This document shows positions 55,365-64,000 of a stretch of 64,000 nt of DNA, piece by piece. The first letter of the stretch is position 1. Every line of letters starts with the position of its first letter. Below the pieces are notes generated by a model. That model was not told the origin of the DNA and did not search any database. It saw only the letters and a list, made by a program, of their open reading frames with translations. The DNA comes from an uncultured Acidimicrobiaceae bacterium (GTDB lineage: Bacteria; Actinomycetota; Acidimicrobiia; Acidimicrobiales; RAAP-2): the NCBI GenBank assembly GCA_963826835.1, contig CAWGYK010000005.1, positions 3,410-67,409 of the forward strand. Reading direction: 5' to 3'. Made by a program: the position numbers and the translations under genes.

Positions 55365-56348
55365 ATGACAGGTTCCCGCCCGAAGGCGCTGGTGACCGCC
55401 GCCGTGAATGGGCCCGGTCTCGACCTGCTCCACCAGCTGGCCGATCTCGTGCTCGATTCGTGGTTGGACCAGCCCACTCTGCGCATCTACAACTCCGCCC
55501 AGCTGGCCGAACGGGCGGCCGCCGAGGGTGCGTCGATCGTGATCGTCGAGGGCGACGTCTGTGGCGCCGAGCTCTACGAGCAGCCCATCGTCGCCGTCTG
55601 CAGCTGCCGCGGTGACCCCACCAACGTGGACGTGCCGGCCGCCACCGCGGCGGGGGTGCCCGTCCTGCGCGCGCCCGGCCGCAATGCGGACGCCGTCGCC
55701 GAGCTCGCCGTCGCCCTGCTCTTCGCCGCCGCCCGGGGCGTGGTTCAGGCCGACCGCGACGTGCGGGAGGGCGAGATCTACCGCGATGGGAAGATCCCCT
55801 ACCAGCGCTATCGCGCCTGGGAGCTCGCCGGCCAGACCGTCGGCCTGGTCGGGCTGGGGGCGGTGGGGCGCGCGCTGCGCTGGCGGCTGCGCGGCCTCGG
55901 CATGGAGGTCCTCTCCTACGACCCCTACGCTCCGGACGCCACCAGCTCGTTCGACGACCTCCTGGCCCGGTCGGACGTCGTCTCCATCCACGCTCCGGTG
56001 ACGCCGGAGACGACCGGCCTGATCGGCGCCGACGCCTTCGCCAAGATGCGCGACGGCGTGGTCTACCTCAACACCGCCCGGGCCAAGATCCACGACACCG
56101 ACGCCCTGGTGGCCGCGCTGGCGTCGGGGAAGGTCGCGGCGGCGGGCCTGGACCACTTCGAGGGTGAGATCCTGGCGACGGACCACCCGCTCACGACCTT
56201 CCCCAATGTCGTCCTCACGCCGCACATCGGCGGCGCGACCTACGACACCGAGTCCAACCACACCCGGACCATCGCCGAGGATCTCTGCCGGCTCATGGCG
56301 GGAGCACGGCCGCTGCACATCGTGAACCCCGAGGTCCTCTCCACCTGA
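55365..56348 (+). CDS. D-isomer-specific 2-hydroxyacid dehydrogenase family, NAD-binding
   Basis: GQTVGLVGLGAVGRALRWRL, NTARAKIHD, LTPHIGGAT. Confidence 0.85.
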   Translation: MTGSRPKALVTAAVNGPGLDLLHQLADLVLDSWLDQPTLRIYNSAQLAERAAAEGASIVIVEGDVCGAELYEQPIVAVCSCRGDPTNVDVPAATAAGVPVLRAPGRNADAVAELAVALLFAAARGVVQADRDVREGEIYRDGKIPYQRYRAWELAGQTVGLVGLGAVGRALRWRLRGLGMEVLSYDPYAPDATSSFDDLLARSDVVSIHAPVTPETTGLIGADAFAKMRDGVVYLNTARAKIHDTDALVAALASGKVAAAGLDHFEGEILATDHPLTTFPNVVLTPHIGGATYDTESNHTRTIAEDLCRLMAGARPLHIVNPEVLST

Positions 56349-56349
56349 G

Positions 56350-57078
56350 GTGGCAGCGCGCCAGCCGACAATTGTCGCCACCTCGATCGGCTTCCAGGCC
56401 GAAGGCCCCGACCCGGCCAACGTGCGGCCCGGGCCGTCCTACCGCCTGGCCGCCGACCTGGCCCGGGCGGGCGAGCACCCCCGCATCTGCATCATCGCCA
56501 CCGCGGTGGGCGACGACGCGGCGCGGTTGGCGGCGGCGCACAACGCCTTCGCCAAGCTGGGCTTCATCAGCTCCCACCTCACGCTCTTCCCGATGCCCAA
56601 CGTGCCCGACCCGCGCGCCCACCTGCTGGCCCAGGACGTCATCTGGGTAGGCGGCGGCAGCACCGCCAACCTCCTGGCCCTGTGGCGCCTCCACGGGCTC
56701 CATCTCGTGTTGCGCGAATGCTGGGAGGCCGGCGTCGTCCTGAAGGGGGTCTCCGCCGGCTCACTGTGCTGGCACGTGGGCGGCACCACCGACTCCTTCG
56801 GCCCCACCCTGGTCCCGGTCACCAATGGTCTGGCCTTCCTCCCCTGGTCCAACAGCCCACACCATGATGCGGAGGAGCAACGACGCCCGCTCATCCACCG
56901 CCTCATCGCCGAGGGGACGTTGCCCGACGGCTACGCAACGGAGAACGGAACCGGGCTGGTCTTCTACGGCACCGAGCTGCAGGACGCCTTCACCGAGGTC
57001 GAGGGCAAGGTGGCGTACGCCTTGACCCGCGACGGTGAGAGCACGCGCGAAACCTCGCTGGACACCCGCTTTCTCTGA
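56350..57078 (+). CDS. Peptidase S51 (peptidase E / cyanophycinase-like) family
   Basis: VIWVGGGSTANLLALW, LKGVSAGSLCW (GxSAG nucleophile elbow). Confidence 0.7.
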   Translation: MAARQPTIVATSIGFQAEGPDPANVRPGPSYRLAADLARAGEHPRICIIATAVGDDAARLAAAHNAFAKLGFISSHLTLFPMPNVPDPRAHLLAQDVIWVGGGSTANLLALWRLHGLHLVLRECWEAGVVLKGVSAGSLCWHVGGTTDSFGPTLVPVTNGLAFLPWSNSPHHDAEEQRRPLIHRLIAEGTLPDGYATENGTGLVFYGTELQDAFTEVEGKVAYALTRDGESTRETSLDTRFL

Positions 57079-57117
57079 GCGCCGGCCGCGCCACGGCCCC
57101 CGCGAGCTCCCGCCGCG

Positions 57118-58863
57118 TCAGGCGACGGCGCCCGCCCAGTCCGACCCGGCATGCACCGTGTCGGTGTCGTGTCCCGAGCGCAGGACGCGCCCGGGGACGG
57201 CGCCGGTGAACTCGCCGTCGCGCACGATCTCGGTCCCGTTCACCAGCACGTGCCCGATGCCCATTGCCTCCGCGTAAAGGCGGCTCGCGCCGCCGGGAAG
57301 ATCGTCACGGGTCCGCACGGCGCCGTGGCCGATGGTCCGCGGGTCGAGGACCACCACGTCGGCGAACCCGCCGGCCACGAGCCGGCCGCGGTCGCGCAAT
57401 CCGTAGAGCCGTGCCGGCACGTCGGTCAGGAGCTGCACCGCCCGCTCCCAACTGAGGAGCCCGCGGGCCCGGACCCCGTCACCCAGCATGGAGGTCGAAT
57501 AGATGGCGCCACACATCGTGTCGAGGTGGGCGCCGGCGTCGGAACCCCCCACGATCGCCCGTGGGTCCTGCCAGGTCTGCGCCCGCAGCACCCAGTCCTC
57601 CTCGGACTCCCCGATGGGCGGGCGCAGCCCCGTGCGGAGGCCGTCGGCCACCACGATGTCGAGCAGCGCGTCGAAGGGTGTGCGGCCGCACTCCCCGGCC
57701 ACCGCACCGATGCTGCGCCCCTCGAGGCCGGCATTCTCGGGGGCGAACGTCTCCTCAATGATGAGGCGGTCCCACACGGCGAGATGCCGGAGGATGCCGG
57801 CCTCGTCCGACTGCGCGCCGGCGTCGAGCCGGCGGCGGGTCTCGGGGTCCGACAGGGCCGTGATGCGCTCCGGGACGGGGAGCGCGAAGACCTCGCGCCA
57901 CCCGGGGAGGCCGTCGAGGATGGCACCGTGCTCGAAGCTGAGCCGCAACTGCATGGTGTGGGGCAGCGTCAGCGCCAGCACCGTGGCCCCGCGGCTGGCG
58001 GCGACGGTGCCTGCGTCGAGCTGGCTCCGGGCGCCCTCGGGGTTCATGGCCGAGACGCCGAGCACGTTCCAGTTGACGGGACGGTCCGCCAGCAGGGACA
58101 TGGTGGCCAGGAAGTCGACCTCGTCCTCGGTGAAGCCGTTGAGGCAGCCCGGCACGATCAGCTCGACCGTGGTGCCCTCGTGCTGGCGCACGGCGGCCGC
58201 CAGGCGCTCCAGCTCCTCCCGGCCGGCGGCGCGCGAGGGGACCGGCTGCCCGTCGCCGTCGTTGTGGGTGTGCACCTGGGAGGTCGAGAAGCCCAGCGCG
58301 CCCTCGGACAGCGCTGCGTGGAGCGCCGCCTCCATGGCGTCGGTGTCGGACGCCGTGGCCGATCCACCGACGGCGCGCTCCCCCATCACCAGCCGGCGCA
58401 AGGTCGAGTGCCCGACCAGGAAGCCGGCATTGACGGCGATGCGGCCGTCGAGGCGGCCCAGCCACTCGCCGAAGGAGCCCCAATCCCAGGGCAGGCCCGC
58501 CCGGAGCGCGCCGAGCGGCATCCCCTCGACGCGCGCCATCATCCGCGAGATGTAGTCGACGTGCTCCGGCGCCATGGGCGCCAGCGAGAACCCACAGTTG
58601 CCGCCGAGCACCGTCGTCACACCGTGCAGCGGGGAGGGGCTGGCATTGGCGTCCCAGAAGAGCTGCGCGTCGTAGTGGGTGTGCAGGTCGACGAAGCCGG
58701 GCGTGACGAGCATTCCGCTGGCGTCGATCACCGTGTCGGCACCCGCGGTGTCGGCGCCCGGCCCGATGCTGGTGATGCGTTCACCCTCGATCACCACGTC
58801 GGCTCGGACTGGCGACGCGCCGGTCCCGTCGACGACGGTGCCGCCCCGGATGGCGACGGTCAT
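57118..58863 (-). CDS. D-aminoacylase family amidohydrolase (second paralog)
   Basis: MTVAIRGGTVVDGTG, VTPGFVDLHTHYD, GGNCGFSLAP, GGSDAGAHLDTMC. ATGA overlap with the ALDH stop. The upstream 522 codons of tracked ORF 57118..60429 are a shadow frame over ALDH. Confidence 0.85.
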   Translation of the reverse strand: MTVAIRGGTVVDGTGASPVRADVVIEGERITSIGPGADTAGADTVIDASGMLVTPGFVDLHTHYDAQLFWDANASPSPLHGVTTVLGGNCGFSLAPMAPEHVDYISRMMARVEGMPLGALRAGLPWDWGSFGEWLGRLDGRIAVNAGFLVGHSTLRRLVMGERAVGGSATASDTDAMEAALHAALSEGALGFSTSQVHTHNDGDGQPVPSRAAGREELERLAAAVRQHEGTTVELIVPGCLNGFTEDEVDFLATMSLLADRPVNWNVLGVSAMNPEGARSQLDAGTVAASRGATVLALTLPHTMQLRLSFEHGAILDGLPGWREVFALPVPERITALSDPETRRRLDAGAQSDEAGILRHLAVWDRLIIEETFAPENAGLEGRSIGAVAGECGRTPFDALLDIVVADGLRTGLRPPIGESEEDWVLRAQTWQDPRAIVGGSDAGAHLDTMCGAIYSTSMLGDGVRARGLLSWERAVQLLTDVPARLYGLRDRGRLVAGGFADVVVLDPRTIGHGAVRTRDDLPGGASRLYAEAMGIGHVLVNGTEIVRDGEFTGAVPGRVLRSGHDTDTVHAGSDWAGAVA

Positions 58864-60353
58864 GTCGGTACCCCCTGCTCTTGCGGGCCGGGACGCCGCA
58901 CCCGAACGCGCTGACGGGCGAAGGCCTGCATGCCCTCGGTGCCGAGCTCCACGCCGAAGCCGGATTGCTTCCAGCCGCCCATGGGCGCGTACATGTCGAT
59001 GGCAGAGAGGCCGTGCGCGTTCACGAACACGGTGCCCGCCGAGAGGCGGGACGCCACGTCCGCCGCCAGCGCGTCGTCGTTGCTCCATACCGACGCGCAC
59101 AGCCCGAAGGAGGTGTCGTTGGCCGCCTCGACCGCATCGGCGAGGTCGTCGTAGGGGATCACCGGCAGGGCCGGGGCGAATTGCTCGTGGCGCACGATGC
59201 CGCTTTCGGGGGGCGGGGCCATCACCAGCGCCGGGGACACGAAGTACCCGCCCGACCCCTCGTCCTCGCCGCGGATCCGGCCGGGCCGCAGCACGGTGGC
59301 CCCCGCCGCCGCGGCCTCGGCCACCAGCGCCTCCACCCGATCGCAGGCGGCGGCGGTGTGCACCGGGCCCATGGTCACCCCGTCGGCCAACCCGTCGCCG
59401 ACCACCTCGGCCGCCAGCCGTCCGGCCAACGCGTCCACCGTCTGGTCCATCCGCTCCCGCTGCACGTAGAGCCGCTTGATCGCCATGCAGACCTGCCCAC
59501 TGGTGACGAAGGCGGCTTCCACGATCCGCTCGGCCAGGGCGGCATCGCCGGCCACGTCGGGGGCCAGGATGGCGGCGTCGTTGCCACCGAGCTCGAGCAC
59601 GACCGGCCGGGTCGTGACGGCGGCGGCCGCCATGACCGCCTGGCCGGTACCGACGCCGCCGGTGAAGGAGACCATGTCGACGTCGGGGTGGCCCACGAGT
59701 GCGGCGCCGAGGGCGGCCCCCGGACCGTTGACCACGTTCAGGACGCCGGCCGGCAGCATCTCGGCCATGGCCGCGGCCACCAGGAGCACGGTGCCGGGAC
59801 AGGTGGGTGGCGCCTTGACCACGACCGTGTCGCCGGCCAGGAGCGCGGGGAGCACCTTGTTGCCCATGACCGAGACGGGCCAATTGAAGGGCAGGACGGC
59901 GGCCACGACGCCGTGGGGCACCCACTCGATGTGCGTCGCCCCACCGCCGAGGTCGCGGGCGGCCAGAGCGTCGGCGACCAGGGGCGCGAAGGCGGACGCC
60001 ATGCCGCCCATGGTGGCGGTGTCGAAGATCGACTCCAGATGGGTCTTGCCGTGCTCGCGGGTGAGCAGCCGGGCCAGGTCCCGCGACTCCGCGGCCGCCA
60101 CACCCGCCTCGGCCGCGGCGACGACCCGGGCCGCCCGCTCGTCGGGCGCCAGCGCCGCCCAGGCCGGCTGTGAACGGCGGGCGGCGGCCACCGCCAGGTC
60201 GAGTTGCGCCGGCGAGGTGGAGGGGGCGTCGAGCACGACCTCGGCCGGCCGGGCCGGGTTCGTCACCGGATAGGTGCCCGCGCCCCCGGCCACCACGTCG
60301 CCGTCGATGAGCAGCCCGACGCGGGTGATGACGTCTTCGACGTGTGTGGTCAT
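58860..60353 (-). CDS. NAD(P)-dependent aldehyde dehydrogenase
   Basis: FNWPVSVM, SFTGGVGTG, VLELGGNDA, SGQVCMAIKR (catalytic Cys), EQFAP. ATG 60353. Confidence 0.9.
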   Translation of the reverse strand: MTTHVEDVITRVGLLIDGDVVAGGAGTYPVTNPARPAEVVLDAPSTSPAQLDLAVAAARRSQPAWAALAPDERAARVVAAAEAGVAAAESRDLARLLTREHGKTHLESIFDTATMGGMASAFAPLVADALAARDLGGGATHIEWVPHGVVAAVLPFNWPVSVMGNKVLPALLAGDTVVVKAPPTCPGTVLLVAAAMAEMLPAGVLNVVNGPGAALGAALVGHPDVDMVSFTGGVGTGQAVMAAAAVTTRPVVLELGGNDAAILAPDVAGDAALAERIVEAAFVTSGQVCMAIKRLYVQRERMDQTVDALAGRLAAEVVGDGLADGVTMGPVHTAAACDRVEALVAEAAAAGATVLRPGRIRGEDEGSGGYFVSPALVMAPPPESGIVRHEQFAPALPVIPYDDLADAVEAANDTSFGLCASVWSNDDALAADVASRLSAGTVFVNAHGLSAIDMYAPMGGWKQSGFGVELGTEGMQAFARQRVRVRRPGPQEQGVPT

Positions 60354-60401
60354 GCGCACCCCCAGGCCGGACGACTTTGCTGACGATAGTGTCACCTTCT
60401 C

Positions 60402-61640
60402 GTGGGAGCCGTCGAGACAGGGCCAGCACCCGGCCGGGCCACCCTGTTGCCCGACCCCGAGCCGCGACCGATCCGGGTGCCGGTGATCTCGGTGGACGAC
60501 CACCTCATTGAGCCGCCCGACCTCTTCGAGGGCCGCCTGCCCACCGCACTGGCCGAGGGGGCGCCGCGGGTGGTCGAGCAGGAGGACGGGACCCAGAGTT
60601 GGGTCTTCGAAGGGAGGCACTACCCCAACGTCGGGCTCAACGCCGTGGTGGGCCGGCCACGCCGGGAATGGAGCATGGATCCGGCGCGCTTCGATGAGAT
60701 GCGCCCCGGCTGCTTCGACATCGAGGCCCGGATCCCCGACATGGACCGGGCCGGCATCTGGGCCTCCCTGTGCTTCCCCTCGCTCGTGTCGGGCTTCTGC
60801 GGCGCCGTCTACTCGCGGGCGACGGACCCGGACCTCGGGCTGGCCTGCCTGCGCGCCTTCAACGACTGGCACCTGGAGGTGTGGGCCGGCAGCCACCCGG
60901 AGCGCATCATCCCGCTGCAGCTGCCCTGGCTGGCCGACCTCGAGGTCGCCGCCACCGAGGTGCGGGCCAATGCGGCCCGGGGGTTCAAGGCGGTCAGCTT
61001 CCCCGAGTTCCCCTCCCAGCTGCAGCTGCCCTCCATCTTCAGCGGGCGCTGGGACCCCTTCTTCGCCGCCTGCGAGGAGACCGGCACGGTCGTGTGCCTG
61101 CACACCGGCGCGTCAGGCTGGGCGCCGCTCCCCTCGCCCGACCCGCCCTTCGAGCTGCTCCCCACCGTCTTCCCGGTCAACGCGCTCCTGGCGGCCGGCG
61201 AGTGGCTGTGGTCGGGCGTGCCGCTGCGCTTCCCCGCGCTGGCGGTCGCCATGTCCGAGGGCGGCATCGGGTGGGTGCCCATGCTGATGGACAGGGCCGA
61301 CTACGTGCTGGGGCACTCGGCGTCGGGCACGGAGAGTACGGCCTGGCCGTCGGACCTGCTGCCGAGCGAGGTGCTCCGGCGCAACTTCTGGTTCTGCTCC
61401 ATCGACGATCCCTCCGCCGTCGCGCAGCGCCACGTGATCGGCCTCGAACACATCATGGTGGAGAGCGACTACCCGCATGCCGACTCGTCGTGGCCCGACA
61501 CGCAGCGCGTGCTCGCCGAGACCTGGGGGGCGCTCCCCGACGACGAGTTGCGCGCCGTGGCCGGGGGCAACGCGGCACGCCTCTTCCGCCATGCGCTCCC
61601 CGCAGTGGACGACTGGCGCACGCAGGTGCCGGTCTCCTGA
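60402..61640 (+). CDS. Amidohydrolase_2 (ACMSD-like metal-dependent hydrolase) family protein
   Basis: VISVDDHLIEPPDLF, VESDYPHADSSWP. Start is GTG 60402 or a later GTG near 60477. Confidence 0.8.
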   Translation: MGAVETGPAPGRATLLPDPEPRPIRVPVISVDDHLIEPPDLFEGRLPTALAEGAPRVVEQEDGTQSWVFEGRHYPNVGLNAVVGRPRREWSMDPARFDEMRPGCFDIEARIPDMDRAGIWASLCFPSLVSGFCGAVYSRATDPDLGLACLRAFNDWHLEVWAGSHPERIIPLQLPWLADLEVAATEVRANAARGFKAVSFPEFPSQLQLPSIFSGRWDPFFAACEETGTVVCLHTGASGWAPLPSPDPPFELLPTVFPVNALLAAGEWLWSGVPLRFPALAVAMSEGGIGWVPMLMDRADYVLGHSASGTESTAWPSDLLPSEVLRRNFWFCSIDDPSAVAQRHVIGLEHIMVESDYPHADSSWPDTQRVLAETWGALPDDELRAVAGGNAARLFRHALPAVDDWRTQVPVS

Positions 61641-61641
61641 C

Positions 61642-63144
61642 ATGAAGGCGGGCGGGCCGCAGTCGTTGCCGTTGCCGCCAGGGGCCGGGCCGGTCGTCGA
61701 CGCCGACGGCCACGTCGTCGAGCCCTTGGCCGCCTGGAGGGACCTGCCCGATGCGCACCGGCCCGTGATCACCGTCGACGGGCACGGCTACGAGCACGTG
61801 ACCGTGGGCGGCACGGAGATCCTGGCCGTCCCCCTGGGGACCCTGGCCCGGCCCGGTTCGGCCTTCGACGACCCGGCGGCCTTCCGCCCGCTGGCCGACG
61901 CCCTGCCCGGCGGCAGCGACCCGTCGGCCCGCCTGGCCGACATGGACACGGAGGGCATCGACCAGGCCGTGCTCTTCCCGACCATCGGGCTGTACTTCTC
62001 CGTCGTCGAGGACCCCGAGGCGGCGGTCGGGCTGGCCGTCGCCTACAACGACTGGCTGGCGGGGTACTGCGCCGCCGACGGGGCCCGCCTCTTCGGCGCC
62101 GCCATGTTGCCGCTGCAGGACCCGGCCGCGGCTGCCCACGAGCTGCGTCGGGCGGTAACCCAGCTCGGCTTCGTGGCCGGCTTCGTCCGTCCCAACCCCT
62201 GCCTCGGCCGCTCGCTCTCCGACCGCGCCTACGACCCCCTGTGGACCGTGGCCGAGGAGCTCGCGGTGCCGATCGCCGTGCACGAGGGCAGCTCGGTCAT
62301 TGTGCCGACCCTGGGCGCGGATCGCCCCTTCAACCCGCTGATCCTCCACGCCGTATCCCACGCGTTCGAATCGATGCTCGCCTGCGCGCAGCTCATCGCT
62401 TTCGGCGTGCTCGAGCGCCACCCGGGGCTGCGCGCCGTCTTCTTGGAGTCCTCGGGAGGCTGGGCGCCGTTCTGGCTCGAGCGCCTGGACGAGCAGGCGG
62501 GCTCCTTCGGTGGTTTCTGCCCCGACCTCACGCTGGCCCCGTCGGCCTACTTCGCCCGCCAGTGCGCCATCAGCTTCGAGGTCGACGAGCGCACCCTGCC
62601 CGCCCTCGTGCCCTTCGTGGGCCGGGACAACATCGTGTGGGGCAGCGACTACCCGCACCACGACGCCACCTTCCCCGGGGCAGTCACCGCACTGCGGGCC
62701 ACCCTCGCTCCGTGCGCCACCGCGGTCCAGGCCAAGGTCCTCGGGGTCAACGCTCGGCGGATCTACCGCCTCCCGTCGCGTCGCCCGGTCCCGGCGGGGA
62801 TCATCGATGACTACTTCGCGGCCGTCACCGCGCACGACGTCGACATGCTGCGCGGCCTGTTCGCCCCCGACGCGACGTTCGACGTCGACGGCGACTGTCG
62901 CCGCGGGCACGACGCCATCCTGGCCTATTACACCGAGCACACCTTCGTGCACGAGGACTTCCGCCCCACCCCCGGGCCCCTGCAGATGGATGGCACGACC
63001 GTCACCGTGGACCTCGTAGTGGATCTCGGGGGCGCCACCTCCGCAGTGCGCGACGTCTTCGAGACCGACGGCCACCAGATCACCTCGCTCCGCGTCCGGG
63101 GCTTCGCCGACGCCTTGCGGGCCGCCGGGCCCGCCCTGGCTTGA
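61642..63144 (+). CDS. Amidohydrolase_2 domain fused to a C-terminal SnoaL/NTF2-like domain
   Basis: VVDADGHVVEP, WGSDYPHHDATFPG. The last ~115 aa are IIDDYFAAVTAHDVDMLRGLFAPDATFDVDGDCRRGHDAILAYY... Confidence 0.8.
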   Translation: MKAGGPQSLPLPPGAGPVVDADGHVVEPLAAWRDLPDAHRPVITVDGHGYEHVTVGGTEILAVPLGTLARPGSAFDDPAAFRPLADALPGGSDPSARLADMDTEGIDQAVLFPTIGLYFSVVEDPEAAVGLAVAYNDWLAGYCAADGARLFGAAMLPLQDPAAAAHELRRAVTQLGFVAGFVRPNPCLGRSLSDRAYDPLWTVAEELAVPIAVHEGSSVIVPTLGADRPFNPLILHAVSHAFESMLACAQLIAFGVLERHPGLRAVFLESSGGWAPFWLERLDEQAGSFGGFCPDLTLAPSAYFARQCAISFEVDERTLPALVPFVGRDNIVWGSDYPHHDATFPGAVTALRATLAPCATAVQAKVLGVNARRIYRLPSRRPVPAGIIDDYFAAVTAHDVDMLRGLFAPDATFDVDGDCRRGHDAILAYYTEHTFVHEDFRPTPGPLQMDGTTVTVDLVVDLGGATSAVRDVFETDGHQITSLRVRGFADALRAAGPALA

Positions 63145-63157
63145 TCCCGGGGACCGG

Positions 63158-64000
63158 CTACGCCGGTTGGGCCTGGGGGCCGCGCAGCAGGCGGCCCGGT
63201 CGCTCCCCGGTCGCCTCGTCGTGCTCGCGCACCACGGCGCCCGACTTCACGGTCGCCACGTAGCCCCGGGCGCGCTGGACGAGGCGCTTGCCCGACGCCG
63301 GGAGGTCGTAGACCATCTCGGGCGACTCGAGCGCGAGCGCGCCGTGATCGATCACGTTGAGGTCCGCCAGGTGGCCGGGCGCCAGCAGGCCTCGGTCGCG
63401 GAACCCGTACAGCTCGGCCGTGCGGCGGGTTTGCAGCTGCACCGCGGTCTCGACCGGGAGCTGCTCGCCCCGGCTGCGGTCACGGGCCCAGTGGGCGAGC
63501 ATGAAGGTCGGCAGGCTGGCGTCGCACAGCACGCCGCAGTGGGCACCGCCGTCGCCCAGACCGAGCACGGTGGCGGGGTGCACGAGCATCTCGCGCACCG
63601 CGTCGAGGTTGCCCGCCGAGTAATCGAGCAGCGGGAGGTAGAGCAGCTCCTTGCCGTCGCGCTGGAGCATGAGGTCGTAGAGGACCTCGTCGGTCGTCCT
63701 GCCCTGGGCCGCCGCCTGGGCGGTCACGCTGCGCTCGGGCGGCGGTTCGTAGTCGGGCGGGTCGCCGAGGGGGAACAGCTTGTGCAGGTGGGCCCGCAGC
63801 AACCCGACGAAGCCGCCGGGACTGGGCTCCTCGGACAGGATGGCGGCGCGCACCTCGGGCGTCCGGAGCCGGGCCACCCGCTCCGGGAGCGGCAGGTCGG
63901 CGATCTCCTGGTAGGCGCGGTGGTGGGCGAAGGGGTGGGTGACGGACTGGAAGCCGACCATCAGCGACGTCGGTTTCCCCGCCACCTGGGGCACCAGCCA
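63158..64000 (-). CDS. D-aminoacylase family amidohydrolase (third paralog), C-terminal part; the 5' end lies beyond the right window edge
   Basis: GDPPDYEPPPERS, LGLGDGGAHCGVLCDASLPTFMLAHWARDRSRGEQLP. Closely parallels the C-terminal half of 15436..17169. Confidence 0.8.
   Translation of the reverse strand, partial: WLVPQVAGKPTSLMVGFQSVTHPFAHHRAYQEIADLPLPERVARLRTPEVRAAILSEEPSPGGFVGLLRAHLHKLFPLGDPPDYEPPPERSVTAQAAAQGRTTDEVLYDLMLQRDGKELLYLPLLDYSAGNLDAVREMLVHPATVLGLGDGGAHCGVLCDASLPTFMLAHWARDRSRGEQLPVETAVQLQTRRTAELYGFRDRGLLAPGHLADLNVIDHGALALESPEMVYDLPASGKRLVQRARGYVATVKSGAVVREHDEATGERPGRLLRGPQAQPA

Noticed and set aside
1-64000. CRISPR arrays, rRNA genes, prophage or conjugation modules, and classical defence systems (RM, TA, CBASS-like). 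The cyclases were considered for CBASS/Pycsar-like roles.
   Set aside because: No regularly spaced short direct repeats were found. No cas, RT, nuclease-effector, capsid or T4SS genes were found. The cyclases are class III signalling-type enzymes with sensor domains and no adjacent effector.

Overview
64-kb window from a high-GC chromosome. GC was judged by eye (about 70% in the core) and not computed. Gene order and protein strings look like Actinomycetota; an Acidimicrobiia-like source is only a guess.

Three parts:
(1) 1-27.2 kb is conserved core. On the minus strand: rne (partial), a radical-SAM/DUF2344 pair, mrdA-mreD-mreC-mreB, ndk, folC, clpX, clpP, tig. These are followed by a DinB/MDMPI-like enzyme, a small zinc-ribbon ORF missing from the ORF track, a D-aminoacylase, an alpha/beta-hydrolase-nucleotidyl-cyclase fusion, an Rrf2 regulator, tRNA-Pro, two DHA2-type MFS transporters, an orphan ParA-like ATPase with a coupled zinc-ribbon ORF, LOG, an FkbM methyltransferase and an SRPBCC protein.
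(2) About 27.2-51.6 kb is a visibly lower-GC accessory island ending at tRNA-Arg(TCT). It carries a TPR-cyclase, a flavoprotein plus P450, an ECF sigma module, a frameshifted second hydrolase-cyclase, PASTA and phosphodiester-glycosidase proteins, several PPOX/flavin-type genes, VOC proteins, PAP2, methyltransferases and a Cys-rich low-GC orphan. Its mobile-DNA content is one intact IS481-family element, a solo IS481 end, two inverted 99.5%-identical IS110-family 5' fragments, and a tRNA-like scar.
(3) 51.6-64 kb holds tRNA-His and a catabolic cluster: SDR, Zn-ADH, FGGY kinase, 2-hydroxyacid dehydrogenase, S51 peptidase, two more D-aminoacylase paralogs, ALDH, and two amidohydrolase_2 proteins, one fused to a SnoaL-like domain.

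Most unusual signals:
- A three-copy, roughly 270-bp non-coding repeat with conserved blocks. Each copy points at a different downstream gene, and two of the three copies abut IS481-type ends.
- A perfect 21-bp direct repeat of the tRNA-Arg 3' end flanking the IS481.
- IS110 left ends with long non-coding leaders, plus a short motif family sharing the 13-nt IS110 junction.

No CRISPR array, rRNA or recognisable defence system was seen. All family assignments come from reading the translated strings; no database search was run.
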